This document shows, one piece after another, positions 1 to 17,711 of a DNA stretch of 64,000 nt. The stretch comes from Escherichia coli. GTDB lineage: Bacteria; Pseudomonadota; Gammaproteobacteria; Enterobacterales; Enterobacteriaceae. The notes beneath the pieces are model-generated. The model did no database searches. It saw only the letters and a list, made by a program, of their open reading frames with translations, and was not told the origin of the DNA. The position numbers and the translations under genes are program-made. Location of the stretch: NCBI RefSeq assembly GCF_036507355.1, contig NZ_AP027877.1. One strand, written 5' to 3'. Each line of letters starts with the position of its first letter. The first letter of the stretch is position 1.

Positions 1-619
1 GCGTCAGCATAATCAGCAACTGTTCAAGAAACGCCGTGCCGGTAAAGTCCGGTGGGCGCGGATAGGTAACCGTGCCGGGATTGGCTTTAGCAAACTCCAG
101 TAAGGCTTGCGGCGTTTGTGGTGGCTGTGGCGTAACATCGCGGCGGGCGATAAATGTCAGTTGTGCGCCCCCCCAGGGCGATTCAGCCCCTTCTGTAGGC
201 ACTGAAAAATCTTCCCGCACCGGCAGCTGTGTGTCGACATAGCGCCAGTTGGGCAGAGTCTCTGCCCAGTCGGTTTGCAGTAAATTGGCCTCTTTTAAGG
301 TGTGGAAGTTTTCGCCGTTCACCCAGAGCAGATCCACCGAGCCGCCCGTTTTACGTCCGGCTGCGGCTTCGGTCTGAATGCGCTTCACCGCGTCTGCGGC
401 ATCCGCCAGACGAACAATCTTCAGGTTTATAGCGTAATGGGTTTTCATCTCGCCGCTCACCCAGTCGAGATAGCGGTTAATTGCGGTATCGCCGCCCCAG
501 GCGTTAAACCAGACGGTTTGCCCTTTGGCCTCATTTTTAATTTCTTGCCAGTCACTGGCATGTGTTGCCAGAGAAAACAGCGATAACAATCCCAGCAACC
601 ACCCACAATGGCGCATCAT
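1..619 (-). CDS. ynjB: YnjB-like periplasmic substrate-binding protein, 3' end beyond window edge
   Basis: Minus-strand ORF open from the window edge to tandem ATGs at 619/616, with GGAG just upstream; my translation begins MMRHCGWLLGLLSLFSLATHASDWQEIKNEAKGQTVWFNAWGG; position downstream of ynjA as in K-12. Not in the ORF track because it is truncated. Confidence 0.75.
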   Translation of the reverse strand, partial: MMRHCGWLLGLLSLFSLATHASDWQEIKNEAKGQTVWFNAWGGDTAINRYLDWVSGEMKTHYAINLKIVRLADAADAVKRIQTEAAAGRKTGGSVDLLWVNGENFHTLKEANLLQTDWAETLPNWRYVDTQLPVREDFSVPTEGAESPWGGAQLTFIARRDVTPQPPQTPQALLEFAKANPGTVTYPRPPDFTGTAFLEQLLIMLT

Positions 620-625
620 CTCTCC

Positions 626-1174
626 TTAAGAACGTTTTTCCGGAATACGGCACAGCCCCTGAGCGGGAATGTCCATGGCAGAATTAAAACGGGCTGACAG
701 ATTTTGCAGGCCGATCAATGCCGTCAGTTCGGTGAGCGCCTGAGCGTCAAAATGCGCAGCCAGTCGGGTGCGCAGGGCATCATCGACCGTTGGCGGTGTG
801 ACGCTTGCGGCTTCGGCGTACTCCAGCGCCAGCCGTTCTTCATCGCTGAAGAGCGGGCTTTGCCGCCAGTCAGCCACTGCCAGCAGTTTATCGCTGCTGC
901 CGGTACGCTCGGCGACTTTCATACTGGTGATATCCACACAAAACTCACACAGGCACATTTGCGCAATGCGCGCGCTGACAAGCGATCGTACTACCGGATC
1001 GAGCGGTGAGCGTTTGCGCTCCAGCCAGCCAACAAACATCGACACCAGATAAAAGATAAACGGGATCCGCCCCCACCAGCGAATGGGGCTTAGCACCTCG
1101 CCGTAATGGCGACGATGCAGCCACGCCTGCGGACGTAAAATGAAAGGAATTTTGCTAAGCGGTGGTAAACCCAT
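626..1174 (-). CDS. ynjA: YnjA, carboxymuconolactone decarboxylase-family protein
   Basis: 182-aa ORF; start codon overlaps ydjZ stop by 1 nt (TGATG on the coding strand), suggesting translational coupling. Confidence 0.85.
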   Translation of the reverse strand: MGLPPLSKIPFILRPQAWLHRRHYGEVLSPIRWWGRIPFIFYLVSMFVGWLERKRSPLDPVVRSLVSARIAQMCLCEFCVDITSMKVAERTGSSDKLLAVADWRQSPLFSDEERLALEYAEAASVTPPTVDDALRTRLAAHFDAQALTELTALIGLQNLSARFNSAMDIPAQGLCRIPEKRS

Positions 1175-1881
1175 CAGGCATTCCTCTTCTGGCGCTCAAG
1201 CCATATTTTCTTCGCCATAAAAATCACCACGGTCAGGGCAAACAGAATAAACAGTCCGGTGACAAACCAAAAGGTACCGCCTGTTAACATGCTGCCCGCC
1301 CAGGAATAAACAATAGTCGCCGGTAACTGACCAAGCCCGGTGGCGATAAAAAACGAGCGAAAACGGATTGAAGTCAGACCGGCAGCATAGCTGATTGGAT
1401 CGAAAGGGACAAAAGGCAATAACCGACAGACCAGGATGGTGTGTTTGCCGTAGCGAGTGAAAAAGCCGTCCATACTGTCAAGTACTGTTTTGCCGGTTAA
1501 TTTTTCCACCACTTCGCGGCCCATCACTCTGGCGATAAAAAAGCACAGCGCCGCGCCGGCCATCGAACTGGTCCACGACAGCAAGCCGCCCCAGAGCGCG
1601 CCAAACAGCGACGCATTGGCAAAGGTGATCAAAAACGCAGGTAGCGGTGCAGCAATGGCCTGTAAAATCATCAACAAGAACGAGACAACTGCCGCCAGTG
1701 CGCCGTAAGACTGAATAAAGCGTTCTATACCCTGTTGGTCCACGGCGGCAAACGCCGCAACGCTGCGATTGATAAACTCATGGACGCCGGGAAGTAGCGC
1801 CCATGCCAGCAGCATAGCGAACAACAGGATGATGAGGGTTATACGGTAGTACCAGATTTTTCGCGATTGCATCTTCATCAT
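1174..1881 (-). CDS. ydjZ: YdjZ, TVP38/TMEM64 (DedA-like) inner membrane protein
   Basis: 235-aa hydrophobic ORF, synteny with ydjX/ydjY. Confidence 0.85.
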   Translation of the reverse strand: MMKMQSRKIWYYRITLIILLFAMLLAWALLPGVHEFINRSVAAFAAVDQQGIERFIQSYGALAAVVSFLLMILQAIAAPLPAFLITFANASLFGALWGGLLSWTSSMAGAALCFFIARVMGREVVEKLTGKTVLDSMDGFFTRYGKHTILVCRLLPFVPFDPISYAAGLTSIRFRSFFIATGLGQLPATIVYSWAGSMLTGGTFWFVTGLFILFALTVVIFMAKKIWLERQKRNA

Positions 1882-1895
1882 CCTTTATCCTGGCT

Positions 1896-2573
1896 TTATT
1901 CGGTGATTTTAAAGGTAACCGTTGCCAGCGTGTTATCCGCCGGGAGAACCGAGGCATTGCCTTTGAATTTAACTTCACCTCGTTTTTCAACCGCACCATA
2001 AGTGTATGTTGCATTGCTGACGATGCCGACCGGGCAGCTATCCAGACACACCAGGCAGCCCGTTTTCTTCTCTTCTGCTGCCGTTAAATTACCGCCAAAG
2101 CGCATGTCCAGTTTCTTGCCATTACTGTCAACAATCACTTCATCGAAGGAATACGCTTTTGCCGCCCCTTGCCAGTTGACCGAAATATCCAGTTTGCTGC
2201 CTGTGACATGAGTCGTTTCTTTATTATCCATCGTCATGTTTTCGCCCGGTGTACCACCTGCCTCTTTCAGGGCTTCATAAAATGCTTTCGGGGTCGCATA
2301 ACCCATAAACAGCGATTTATGTCCGTTGGAGCCATCTTTAAACACAATACCGTGACGAGTGTCGTCGGTGAGGAAACGACCATTAATTTGCACCAGCATG
2401 GTTACCGTATGGTTATTGGCATCGACGCGCAGCGGTTGGCTGTTCGAAAGTCCGTCGTATTCCACTTTTGCCGCCGCATTCTCTTTTTGATCGCAGCCGC
2501 TAAGCCCAGCAACAGCCAGTAAGCAGAGTGCAGTCAGTCCTTTTTTCCATGACACTGAATAATGTTGCAACAT
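1896..2573 (-). CDS. ydjY: YdjY, secreted/lipoprotein-like protein
   Basis: ORF track gives 279 aa; internal Met (MLQHYSVSWKKGLTALCLLAVAGLSGC) gives the 225-aa product with a lipobox-like signal peptide. Confidence 0.8.
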   Translation of the reverse strand: MLQHYSVSWKKGLTALCLLAVAGLSGCDQKENAAAKVEYDGLSNSQPLRVDANNHTVTMLVQINGRFLTDDTRHGIVFKDGSNGHKSLFMGYATPKAFYEALKEAGGTPGENMTMDNKETTHVTGSKLDISVNWQGAAKAYSFDEVIVDSNGKKLDMRFGGNLTAAEEKKTGCLVCLDSCPVGIVSNATYTYGAVEKRGEVKFKGNASVLPADNTLATVTFKITE

Positions 2574-2577
2574 CGTT

Positions 2578-3288
2578 CTATCCTTCATTTTTTGGGTGAG
2601 TAAGTGGGTTGCGGCGCGAAGCAGACAGATCCACATGTTTGTGTCGGGCGTAGAGTTTTGCGAGCTGGACGAGAATAAACAGCGCCAGGCCCGCCAGACA
2701 GAGTTGTAAAATAAAGCGCAGCGTAATGCCTTCATTGGCGAGATCGCTTGCCATCACGGTATAAATAACAATACCGGGCAGGGTCGTGAGTGCCGAAATA
2801 AGGGTATAAGGCCAGAAGGCGATTGTGGTTAATCCGTAAGCGTAATTTTGAATATTGTAAGGAAACAACGGGATTAAGCGGGTCAGAATAAGAAAATCAA
2901 TACCGTTACGCGCAATGCCTTTTTCAATGGCCTGAAAGGTATGGCTATGGCCAACGTATTTCAGCAGTAAATCACGTCCCAGCCAGCGCGCCAGCAGGAA
3001 TGAGCACGAGGAGGCCAGCGTTGCGGCAATTAATGAGAGTAGTGTCCCTAAGAGCAGGCCAAAAACTATTCCTCCCGCGATCACCAGTATGCTTCCTGGT
3101 AACAGAAAGAGGGTGGCAATGATGAATAACAGAATATAGAGGCTATAACCGAACAATCCGCTCTGGCGGATGAGTGTCTGTAAGTGGGGTAAATCGGTGA
3201 GCAGATCGAATAAACCGAAAGCGTGGATAGCGTAAATGACCAGCGCAAAAATAAGACAGGCAAACAGAAATTTACGCTCAGCGTTCAT
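2578..3288 (-). CDS. ydjX: YdjX, TVP38/TMEM64 family inner membrane protein
   Basis: ORF track 252 aa; start chosen at internal Met (MNAERKFLFACLIF...) for a 236-aa product; multi-TM hydrophobic sequence. Confidence 0.8.
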   Translation of the reverse strand: MNAERKFLFACLIFALVIYAIHAFGLFDLLTDLPHLQTLIRQSGLFGYSLYILLFIIATLFLLPGSILVIAGGIVFGLLLGTLLSLIAATLASSCSFLLARWLGRDLLLKYVGHSHTFQAIEKGIARNGIDFLILTRLIPLFPYNIQNYAYGLTTIAFWPYTLISALTTLPGIVIYTVMASDLANEGITLRFILQLCLAGLALFILVQLAKLYARHKHVDLSASRRNPLTHPKNEG

Positions 3289-3454
3289 CGTGGAGTTTCC
3301 TATATCAAACTTGATAATAGAGAAGTGGTCAGACAACTAAAAACGCAGTGACGGTATAACAAAGGACGGCAGGCAACAAATCATTACTGACAGTTTGTTG
3401 ATTTTTCTCAAGGTTAATTCTCCTGGCCCAGTTTGAGCCAGGAGAGCTGCTAAA

Positions 3455-4261
3455 TTAGCGGCGGAAGGTCGCCCAGACGGGGGCGTGATCGGACGGTTTT
3501 TCCATGCTGCGAATTTCATAGTCGATGCCGGTTTCTACGCAACATTCTGCCAGCGGTTGGCTGGCGAGCAGCAGGTCGATGCGCAGACCGCGGTTATCGT
3601 CAAAACCTTTTGAGCGGTAATCAAACCATGAGAAACGATCTGCTGTTTGCGGATTCGCATGGCGGAAGGTATCGACCAATCCCCAGCTCATCAGTCTCTC
3701 CATCCATTCGCGTTCCTCCGGAAGGAAAGAACATTTTCCGGTACGCAGCCAGCGCTTACGGTTCTCTTCGCCAATGCCAATATCCAGGTCGCCAGGACTG
3801 ATATTCATATCGCCCATAATCAGCACCGGATTTTCACGCTTGAGTTCGGTTTCCAAATAATTTTGCAGGTTCTGATAAAACTGCGCCTTCGCCGGGAATT
3901 TTATCGGATGGTCGCGGCTTTCACCCTGCGGAAAGTAACCGTTGATCACGGTGACATTGCCCAGCGGCGAGGGGATTTCCGCCATAATAATCCGCCGTTG
4001 CGCCTCTTCGTCGTCACCGGGAAAGCCGCGACGCACGGCAATCGGCGTCTCTTTGGTCAGCAGTGCCACGCCATAATGGCCTTTCTGCCCGTGATAAAAC
4101 ACGTTGTAGCCGAGCTTCGCCACCTCTTCGAGCGGAAACATATCGTCATGAACTTTTGTCTCCTGCAGGCCAATCACATCCGGTTGGTGCTTTTCGACGA
4201 TGGCTTCAAGCTGGTGGGGCCTGGCGCGCAGGCCGTTGATATTAAAAGAGACAAATTTCAT
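3455..4261 (-). CDS. xthA: Exodeoxyribonuclease III
   Basis: Translation [36 protein letters not shown]... (268 aa); ORF-track start is 4 codons upstream of the likely true start. Confidence 0.95.
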   Translation of the reverse strand: MKFVSFNINGLRARPHQLEAIVEKHQPDVIGLQETKVHDDMFPLEEVAKLGYNVFYHGQKGHYGVALLTKETPIAVRRGFPGDDEEAQRRIIMAEIPSPLGNVTVINGYFPQGESRDHPIKFPAKAQFYQNLQNYLETELKRENPVLIMGDMNISPGDLDIGIGEENRKRWLRTGKCSFLPEEREWMERLMSWGLVDTFRHANPQTADRFSWFDYRSKGFDDNRGLRIDLLLASQPLAECCVETGIDYEIRSMEKPSDHAPVWATFRR

Positions 4262-4499
4262 AGTCGCTGCCATTTATTCAGATAAAGAGTGCGTGGATGG
4301 TAGCAGAATTTCGCTTTGCTTACCGCCTGTTGTTAAGTGATTTGATCGATGGTTGTTAATGATGTCAACGATGGCGCAAAAAATGCCCGCTTTTGGTGCG
4401 AGCTGCGTCAGAATGGCGCAGTAATTTCCAGTAAATTTCGTCAATGATCACAATTCCAGAATTATATTTTACTTCTGCATAACATTGCGTTTTTTATTC

Positions 4500-4560
4500 T
4501 TTTTATTCACCCACATCGCAAACGTATTCACTTAATATGCACTTTAAATGCATATGGTTT
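4500..4560 (+). promoter_or_regulatory. Candidate ArgR (ARG box)-like AT-rich palindromic sites upstream of astC
   Basis: Sequences such as gtattcacttaatatgcac and tttaaatgcatatgg contain TGAAT/ATTCA-like half sites; ast operon is known to be ArgR-activated. Confidence 0.35.
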
Positions 4561-4618
4561 GGTTATAACTCCTTGATTTCCAGTTAGCCTCCGCGGTTTA
4601 TGCACTTTTATCACTGGC

Positions 4619-4634
4619 TGGCACGAACCCTGCA
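4619..4634 (+). promoter_or_regulatory. Sigma-54 (-24/-12) promoter for astCADBE
   Basis: TGGCACgaacccTGCA with GG and GC spaced 10 nt apart, about 75 bp upstream of the astC ATG. Confidence 0.7.
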
Positions 4635-4670
4635 ATCTACATTTACAGCGCAAACATTACTTATTATTAA

Positions 4671-10734
<6,064 letters not shown>

Positions 10735-10738
10735 TACT

Positions 10739-10765
10739 TACCCGCAGAAATCATTCTGCGGGTAT
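10739..10765 (+). terminator. Stem-loop terminator after astE
   Basis: tacccgcagaa-atca-ttctgcgggta inverted repeat immediately after the astE stop. Confidence 0.7.
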
Positions 10766-11063
10766 TAAGTTGCTTTCTTATAAATTAATACAGATTAATC
10801 CTGGTTATTTGCTTTATTTATCACCAGTCATCCGGTATAGTTCTTCATAATCTCTGCAAAATCATCGTGTTGTAATATTCTCTCATCACTTTCCATCAAA
10901 TTTTCTTTTTTTCTCCATAATTGGCGCAAAAGTGTTTTTTACACTTTCATTGTTTTACCGTTGCTCTGATTAATTGACGCTAAAGTCAGTAAAGTTAATC
11001 TCGTCAACACGGCACGCTACTTAAGAAAGCCGTAATAAATAACTGAAAGGAAGGATATAGAAT

Positions 11064-11549
11064 ATGCGTAAATTAACTGCACTGTTTGTTGCCTCTACCC
11101 TGGCTCTTGGCGCGGCTAACCTGGCCCATGCCGCAGACACCACTACCGCAGCACCGGCTGACGCGAAGCCGATGATGCACCACAAAGGCAAGTTCGGTCC
11201 GCATCAGGACATGATGTTCAAAGACCTGAACCTGACCGACGCGCAGAAACAGCAGATCCGCGAAATCATGAAAGGCCAGCGTGACCAGATGAAACGTCCG
11301 CCGCTGGAAGAACGCCGCGCAATGCATGACATCATTGCCAGCGATACTTTCGATAAAGCAAAAGCTGAAGCGCAGATCGAAAAAATGGAAGAGCAGCGCA
11401 AAGCTAACATGCTGGCGCACATGGAAACCCAGAACAAAATTTACAACATCCTGACGCCGGAACAGAAAAAGCAATTTAATGCTAATTTTGAGAAGCGTCT
11501 GACAGAACGTCCAGCGGCAAAAGGTAAAATGCCTGCAACTGCTGAATAA
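11064..11549 (+). CDS. spy: Periplasmic chaperone Spy
   Basis: 161-aa ORF MRKLTALFVASTLALGAANLAHA... with signal peptide. Confidence 0.95.
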   Translation: MRKLTALFVASTLALGAANLAHAADTTTAAPADAKPMMHHKGKFGPHQDMMFKDLNLTDAQKQQIREIMKGQRDQMKRPPLEERRAMHDIIASDTFDKAKAEAQIEKMEEQRKANMLAHMETQNKIYNILTPEQKKQFNANFEKRLTERPAAKGKMPATAE

Positions 11550-11572
11550 TCTTTCAGCCAAAAAACTTAAGA

Positions 11573-11629
11573 CCGCCGGTCTTGTCCACTACCTTGCAGT
11601 AATGCGGTGGACAGGATCGGCGGTTTTCT
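11573..11629 (+). terminator. Rho-independent terminator after spy
   Basis: ccgccggtcttgtccac ... gtggacaggatcggcgg stem followed by a T tract. Confidence 0.75.
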
Positions 11630-11673
11630 TTTCTCTTCTCAAACAGTTGTAAAAAAAGCCTGATCACCACTAA

Positions 11674-13174
<1,501 letters not shown>

Positions 13175-13187
13175 TGTTAACTCCGAA

Positions 13188-13207
13188 TGCTGGTTATCTA
13201 TCCAGTG
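13188..13207 (-). promoter_or_regulatory. LexA (SOS) box upstream of cho
   Basis: CACTGGATAGATAACCAGCA on the cho strand (CTG-N10-CAG core), 14 bp upstream of the cho ATG. Confidence 0.65.
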
Positions 13208-13324
13208 TAACAGGCGGGAAGCGATTAAAAAAGAGGCGGGTCGATGACAAAGGTTACACCGTCTGACGTGCTACGCTTGTCAGGCCTATTCGACTCCTGC
13301 AATGTATTGAATTTGCATAGTTTT

Positions 13325-13358
13325 GTAGGTCGAATAAGGCGTTCACGCCGCATCCGGC
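13325..13358 (-). repeat. REP (repetitive extragenic palindromic) element
   Basis: Reverse complement reads gccggatgcggcgtgaacgccttattcgacctac, near-identical to the REP consensus; lies downstream of nadE. Confidence 0.75.
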
Positions 13359-13403
13359 GTGAACAAATTACTCTTTTTCGCACAATCCAATATGTGCAAA
13401 TTA

Positions 13404-14231
13404 TTACTTTTTCCAGAAATCATCGAAAACGGTAATTGGCGGACGGCGTTTATGTTCGGTTTTCAGATACCAGTTCTCTATTGTTCTGGCGACCTGTTCA
13501 GGTACGTTTTTCCCTTCCAGATAGTCGTCGATATTGTCATAGGTCACGCCGAGTGCCACTTCATCTGGCAGAGAAGGGCGATCATCTTCCAGATCGGCCG
13601 TTGGCGCTTTCTTATAAAGGTGTTCCGGGCAACCTAATGCCGCCAGTAACTGTTTACCCTGACGTTTGTTGAGACGATACAGCGGATTAATGTCCGTACC
13701 GCCGTCACCATATTTAGTGAAGAATCCGGTAATGGCTTCTGCTGCATGATCGGTGCCCACCACGACACCGCTGGTCATACCCGCAATGCTATATTGTGCT
13801 TTCATCCGCTCACGCGCTTTTTCATTGCCACGGACAAAATCGCTCAGTTCAATGCCTGCTTCCCGCAATGCCTGCTCGCTAGCCAATACCGCGCCCTTGA
13901 TATTAACGGTTAATACGCGATCCGGTTGAATAAAGGCAATGGCATCCTGGCAATCTTGTTCGTCGGCCTGAACACCATAGGGCAGGCGTACGGCAATAAA
14001 TTGCAGTGATTCGTTGCCGGTTTCCTGGCGCAGCTCATTAATCGCCATCTGGCACAGCTTTCCGGCAAGCGTGGAGTCCTGACCGCCGCTGATCCCGAGC
14101 ACCAGTGATTTAATGAACGGATAAGTTCGCAGGTAGCTTTTCAGAAAATCGATACTACGACGAATTTCCTCTTCAGCATTAATCTGCGGTTTTGCGCCCA
14201 GCGCCTTTATTATTTGTTGTTGCAATGTCAT
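13404..14231 (-). CDS. nadE: NH3-dependent NAD+ synthetase
   Basis: 275-aa [34 protein letters not shown]... with SGGQDS PP-loop motif. Confidence 0.95.
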   Translation of the reverse strand: MTLQQQIIKALGAKPQINAEEEIRRSIDFLKSYLRTYPFIKSLVLGISGGQDSTLAGKLCQMAINELRQETGNESLQFIAVRLPYGVQADEQDCQDAIAFIQPDRVLTVNIKGAVLASEQALREAGIELSDFVRGNEKARERMKAQYSIAGMTSGVVVGTDHAAEAITGFFTKYGDGGTDINPLYRLNKRQGKQLLAALGCPEHLYKKAPTADLEDDRPSLPDEVALGVTYDNIDDYLEGKNVPEQVARTIENWYLKTEHKRRPPITVFDDFWKK

Positions 14232-14432
14232 TGAACCCCTCCAGACAGAAAAGACAAAACTTCCTTAAAGCTAACCCGTTGCCACTGAAACGACAAGCGA
14301 CAGCGGGCTGAATGGTGGTTAAAACGTCATACAGGAATCCTCTGAAAGCGGAGCCGTTTCGTTCATGGGCTTGAAAAAGCGCCCAATGTATTCCAGGCTT
14401 ATCTAACACGCTGATAAACAAGAGGACGGAAT

Positions 14433-14771
14433 ATGAACAAGAATATGGCAGGAATTCTGAGTGCAGCGGCGGTATTAACCATGCTGGCGGGTTGTACGGC
14501 TTATGATCGTACCAAAGACCAGTTTGTACAGCCTGTGGTGAAAGACGTCAAAAAAGGCATGAGCCGGGCGCAGGTTGCACAAATTGCGGGTAAACCTTCG
14601 TCTGAAGTGAGCATGATCCATGCTCGTGGTACTTGCCAGACCTACATCCTGGGTCAACGTGATGGTAAAGCAGAAACCTACTTTGTCGCGTTAGATGATA
14701 CTGGACATGTCATCAACTCCGGTTATCAGACCTGTGCTGAATACGACACTGATCCACAGGCTGCGAAGTAA
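14433..14771 (+). CDS. osmE: Osmotically inducible lipoprotein OsmE
   Basis: 112-aa ORF with lipoprotein signal (LAGC). Confidence 0.93.
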
Positions 14772-14804
14772 TCACTTCGTCTGAAAGCTTGAGTAACAAC
14801 GGAA

Positions 14805-14829
14805 ACCGGCCATTGCGCCGGTTTTTTTT
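14805..14829 (+). terminator. Rho-independent terminator after osmE
   Basis: aaccggc-cattgc-gccggtttttttt. Confidence 0.85.
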
Positions 14830-15069
14830 GGTCTGAGTTCTTAATTATCTTCGCGAATTATTTGCCCGAAATGTGAAGAGGGTCATAACCGCAGGTCAAG
14901 GAGAGACAATTTATAAGGTCAAAGAAATACTATTGCTCAGGTCTATACCGTATACTCCTTTCAGCCACAAAAAAAGTCATGTTGGTTTCGCAAGTTACCC
15001 AGAGCATGGAAGCAGGTTAAGGCTTGCGGAGTGTCTGGCTGACAGATAATCGTCGATGAGGGCAGTTTT

Positions 15070-15390
15070 ATGGAAAAGAAACACATTTATCTGTTTTGTT
15101 CTGCGGGCATGTCTACCTCTTTACTGGTATCAAAAATGCGCGCACAGGCAGAAAAATATGAAGTTCCGGTCATTATTGAAGCATTTCCGGAAACACTGGC
15201 TGGTGAAAAAGGTCAGAATGCCGATGTCGTGTTATTAGGGCCGCAGATTGCTTATATGTTGCCCGAAATCCAGCGTTTGTTACCCAACAAACCGGTTGAA
15301 GTAATTGACTCGCTGCTTTATGGCAAAGTCGATGGTTTAGGCGTGCTTAAGGCTGCGGTTGCAGCGATTAAAAAAGCCGCAGCAAATTAA
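15070..15390 (+). CDS. chbB: PTS chitobiose-specific EIIB component
   Basis: 106-aa [37 protein letters not shown]... Confidence 0.93.
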   Translation: MEKKHIYLFCSAGMSTSLLVSKMRAQAEKYEVPVIIEAFPETLAGEKGQNADVVLLGPQIAYMLPEIQRLLPNKPVEVIDSLLYGKVDGLGVLKAAVAAIKKAAAN

Positions 15391-15474
15391 TTTATTTTAA
15401 ATTTTCCCGTCAAAGAGTTATTTCATAAATCAATACCGCAATATTTAAATTGCGGTTTTTAAGGGTATTTTTCT

Positions 15475-15631
15475 ATGAGTAATGTTATTGCATCGCTTGA
15501 AAAGGTACTCCTCCCTTTTGCAGTTAAAATAGGAAAGCAGCCACACGTTAATGCAATCAAAAATGGCTTTATTCGCTTAATGCCGTTAACCCTTGCGGGG
15601 GCCATGTTTGTATTAATTAACAACGTTTTTC
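15475..15631 (+). pseudogene. chbC: chbC 5' fragment (PTS EIIC), truncated by IS1 after about 52 codons
   Basis: My translation of the frame starting at 15475: [52 protein letters not shown], then runs into the IS1 left end and stops. Confidence 0.85.
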
Positions 15632-15686
15632 GGTGATGCTGCCAACTTACTGATTTAGTGTATGATGGTGTTTTTGAGGTGCTCCA

Positions 15687-15962
15687 GTGGCTTCTGTTTC
15701 TATCAGCTGTCCCTCCTGTTCAGCTACTGACGGGGTGGTGCGTAACGGCAAAAGCACCGCCGGACATCAGCGCTATCTCTGCTCTCACTGTCGTAAAACA
15801 TGGCAACTGCAGTTCACTTACACCGCTTCTCAACCCGGTACGCACCAGAAAATCATTGATATGGCCATGAATGGCGTTGGATGCCGGGCAACAGCCCGCA
15901 TTATGGGCGTTGGCCTCAACACGATTTTACGTCACTTAAAAAACTCAGGCCGCAGTCGGTAA
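15687..15962 (+). CDS. insA: IS1 InsA (transposition inhibitor / N-terminal part of InsAB' transposase)
   Basis: 91-aa [43 protein letters not shown]... Confidence 0.95.
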
Positions 15963-16384
15963 CCTCGCGCATACAGCCGGGCAGTGACGTCATCGTCTGC
16001 GCGGAAATGGACGAACAGTGGGGCTATGTCGGGGCTAAATCGCGCCAGCGCTGGCTGTTTTACGCGTATGACAGGCTCCGGAAGACGGTTGTTGCGCACG
16101 TATTCGGTGAACGCACGATGGCGACGCTGGGGCGTCTTATGAGCCTGCTGTCACCCTTTGACGTGGTGATATGGATGACGGATGGCTGGCCGCTGTATGA
16201 ATCCCGCCTGAAGGGAAAGCTGCACGTAATCAGCAAGCGATATACGCAGCGAATTGAGCGGCATAACCTGAATCTGAGGCAGCACCTGGCACGGCTGGGA
16301 CGGAAGTCGCTGTCGTTCTCAAAATCGGTGGAGCTGCATGACAAAGTCATCGGGCATTATCTGAACATAAAACACTATCAATAA
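15881..16384 (+). CDS. insB: IS1 InsB frame (expressed as InsAB' fusion by -1 frameshift)
   Basis: 167-aa ORF in the -1 frame relative to insA; canonical IS1 organisation. Confidence 0.9.
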
Positions 16385-16399
16385 GTTGGAGTCATTACC

Positions 16400-16894
16400 C
16401 AGAAAGTCGAGAAACAACTTTTTGAGCTGTATAAAAACCCGGAGTTGAAAGTTAAGCCGAAAGAACTGGAACAGCGCGGTGGGGCTTATTACTCTGATGC
16501 AGCGTGCGAAGTGATCAACGCTATCTACAACGATAAGCAAGCAGAACATTACGTTAATATCCCGCATCATGGGCATATTGATAATATTCCGGCAGACTGG
16601 GCGGTAGAAATGACCTGTACGCTGGGGCGCGATGGCGCGACGCCACATCCGCGCATTACGCATTTCGATGATAAAGTGATGGGGCTGATTCACACCATTA
16701 AAGGCTTCGAGATTGCTGCCAGCAACGCCGCACTTAGCGGAGAATTTAACGATGTGTTACTGGCGCTAAACCTTAGTCCGTTGGTGCATTCCGATCGCGA
16801 TGCTGAGCTGCTGGCACGCGAGATGGTTCTGGCGCACGAGAAATGGCTGCCAAATTTTGCCGACTGCATCGCAGAGCTTAAAAAAGCACATTAA
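16400..16894 (+). pseudogene. chbF: chbF 3' remnant (6-phospho-beta-glucosidase C-terminal third)
   Basis: Frame open from the IS1 right end: QKVEKQLFELYKNPELKVKPKELEQRGGAYYSDAACEVINAIYNDK...ELKKAH matches the C-terminus of a family-4 glycoside hydrolase; no N-terminal part present. Confidence 0.85.
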
Positions 16895-17665
<771 letters not shown>

Positions 17666-17675
17666 GTAAGGTGGT

Positions 17676-17704
17676 AAGGTCACTCCCCAGGGGACGTGAC
17701 CTTA
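17676..17704. terminator. Bidirectional stem-loop between convergent chbG and katE
   Basis: aaggtcactcccc-a-ggggacgtgacctt inverted repeat. Confidence 0.6.
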
Positions 17705-17711
17705 TCCATAT

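Larger units (their letters stand above)
15632..16399 (+). mobile_element. IS1 insertion sequence (768 bp), copy A
   Basis: Terminal inverted repeats GGTGATGCTGCCAACTTACTGAT ... ATCAATAAGTTGGAGTCATTACC; insA and insB ORFs; A6C frameshift motif at 15938-15944; flanking 9-mers acgtttttc / cagaaagtc are not duplicated. Confidence 0.97.

Noticed and set aside
229-586. Two plus-strand ORFs of 67 and 94 aa
   Set aside because: Antisense to the ynjB coding sequence; high-GC frame artefacts.
3647-4285. 212-aa plus-strand ORF
   Set aside because: Lies entirely antisense to xthA, whose identification is secure; no independent signals.
11073-11561. 162-aa minus-strand ORF
   Set aside because: Antisense to spy; composition-driven open frame.
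13279-13300. Possible second REP unit (caggcctattcgac) paired with the REP at 13325-13358
   Set aside because: Match to the REP consensus is too weak to call; only the right-hand unit is reported.
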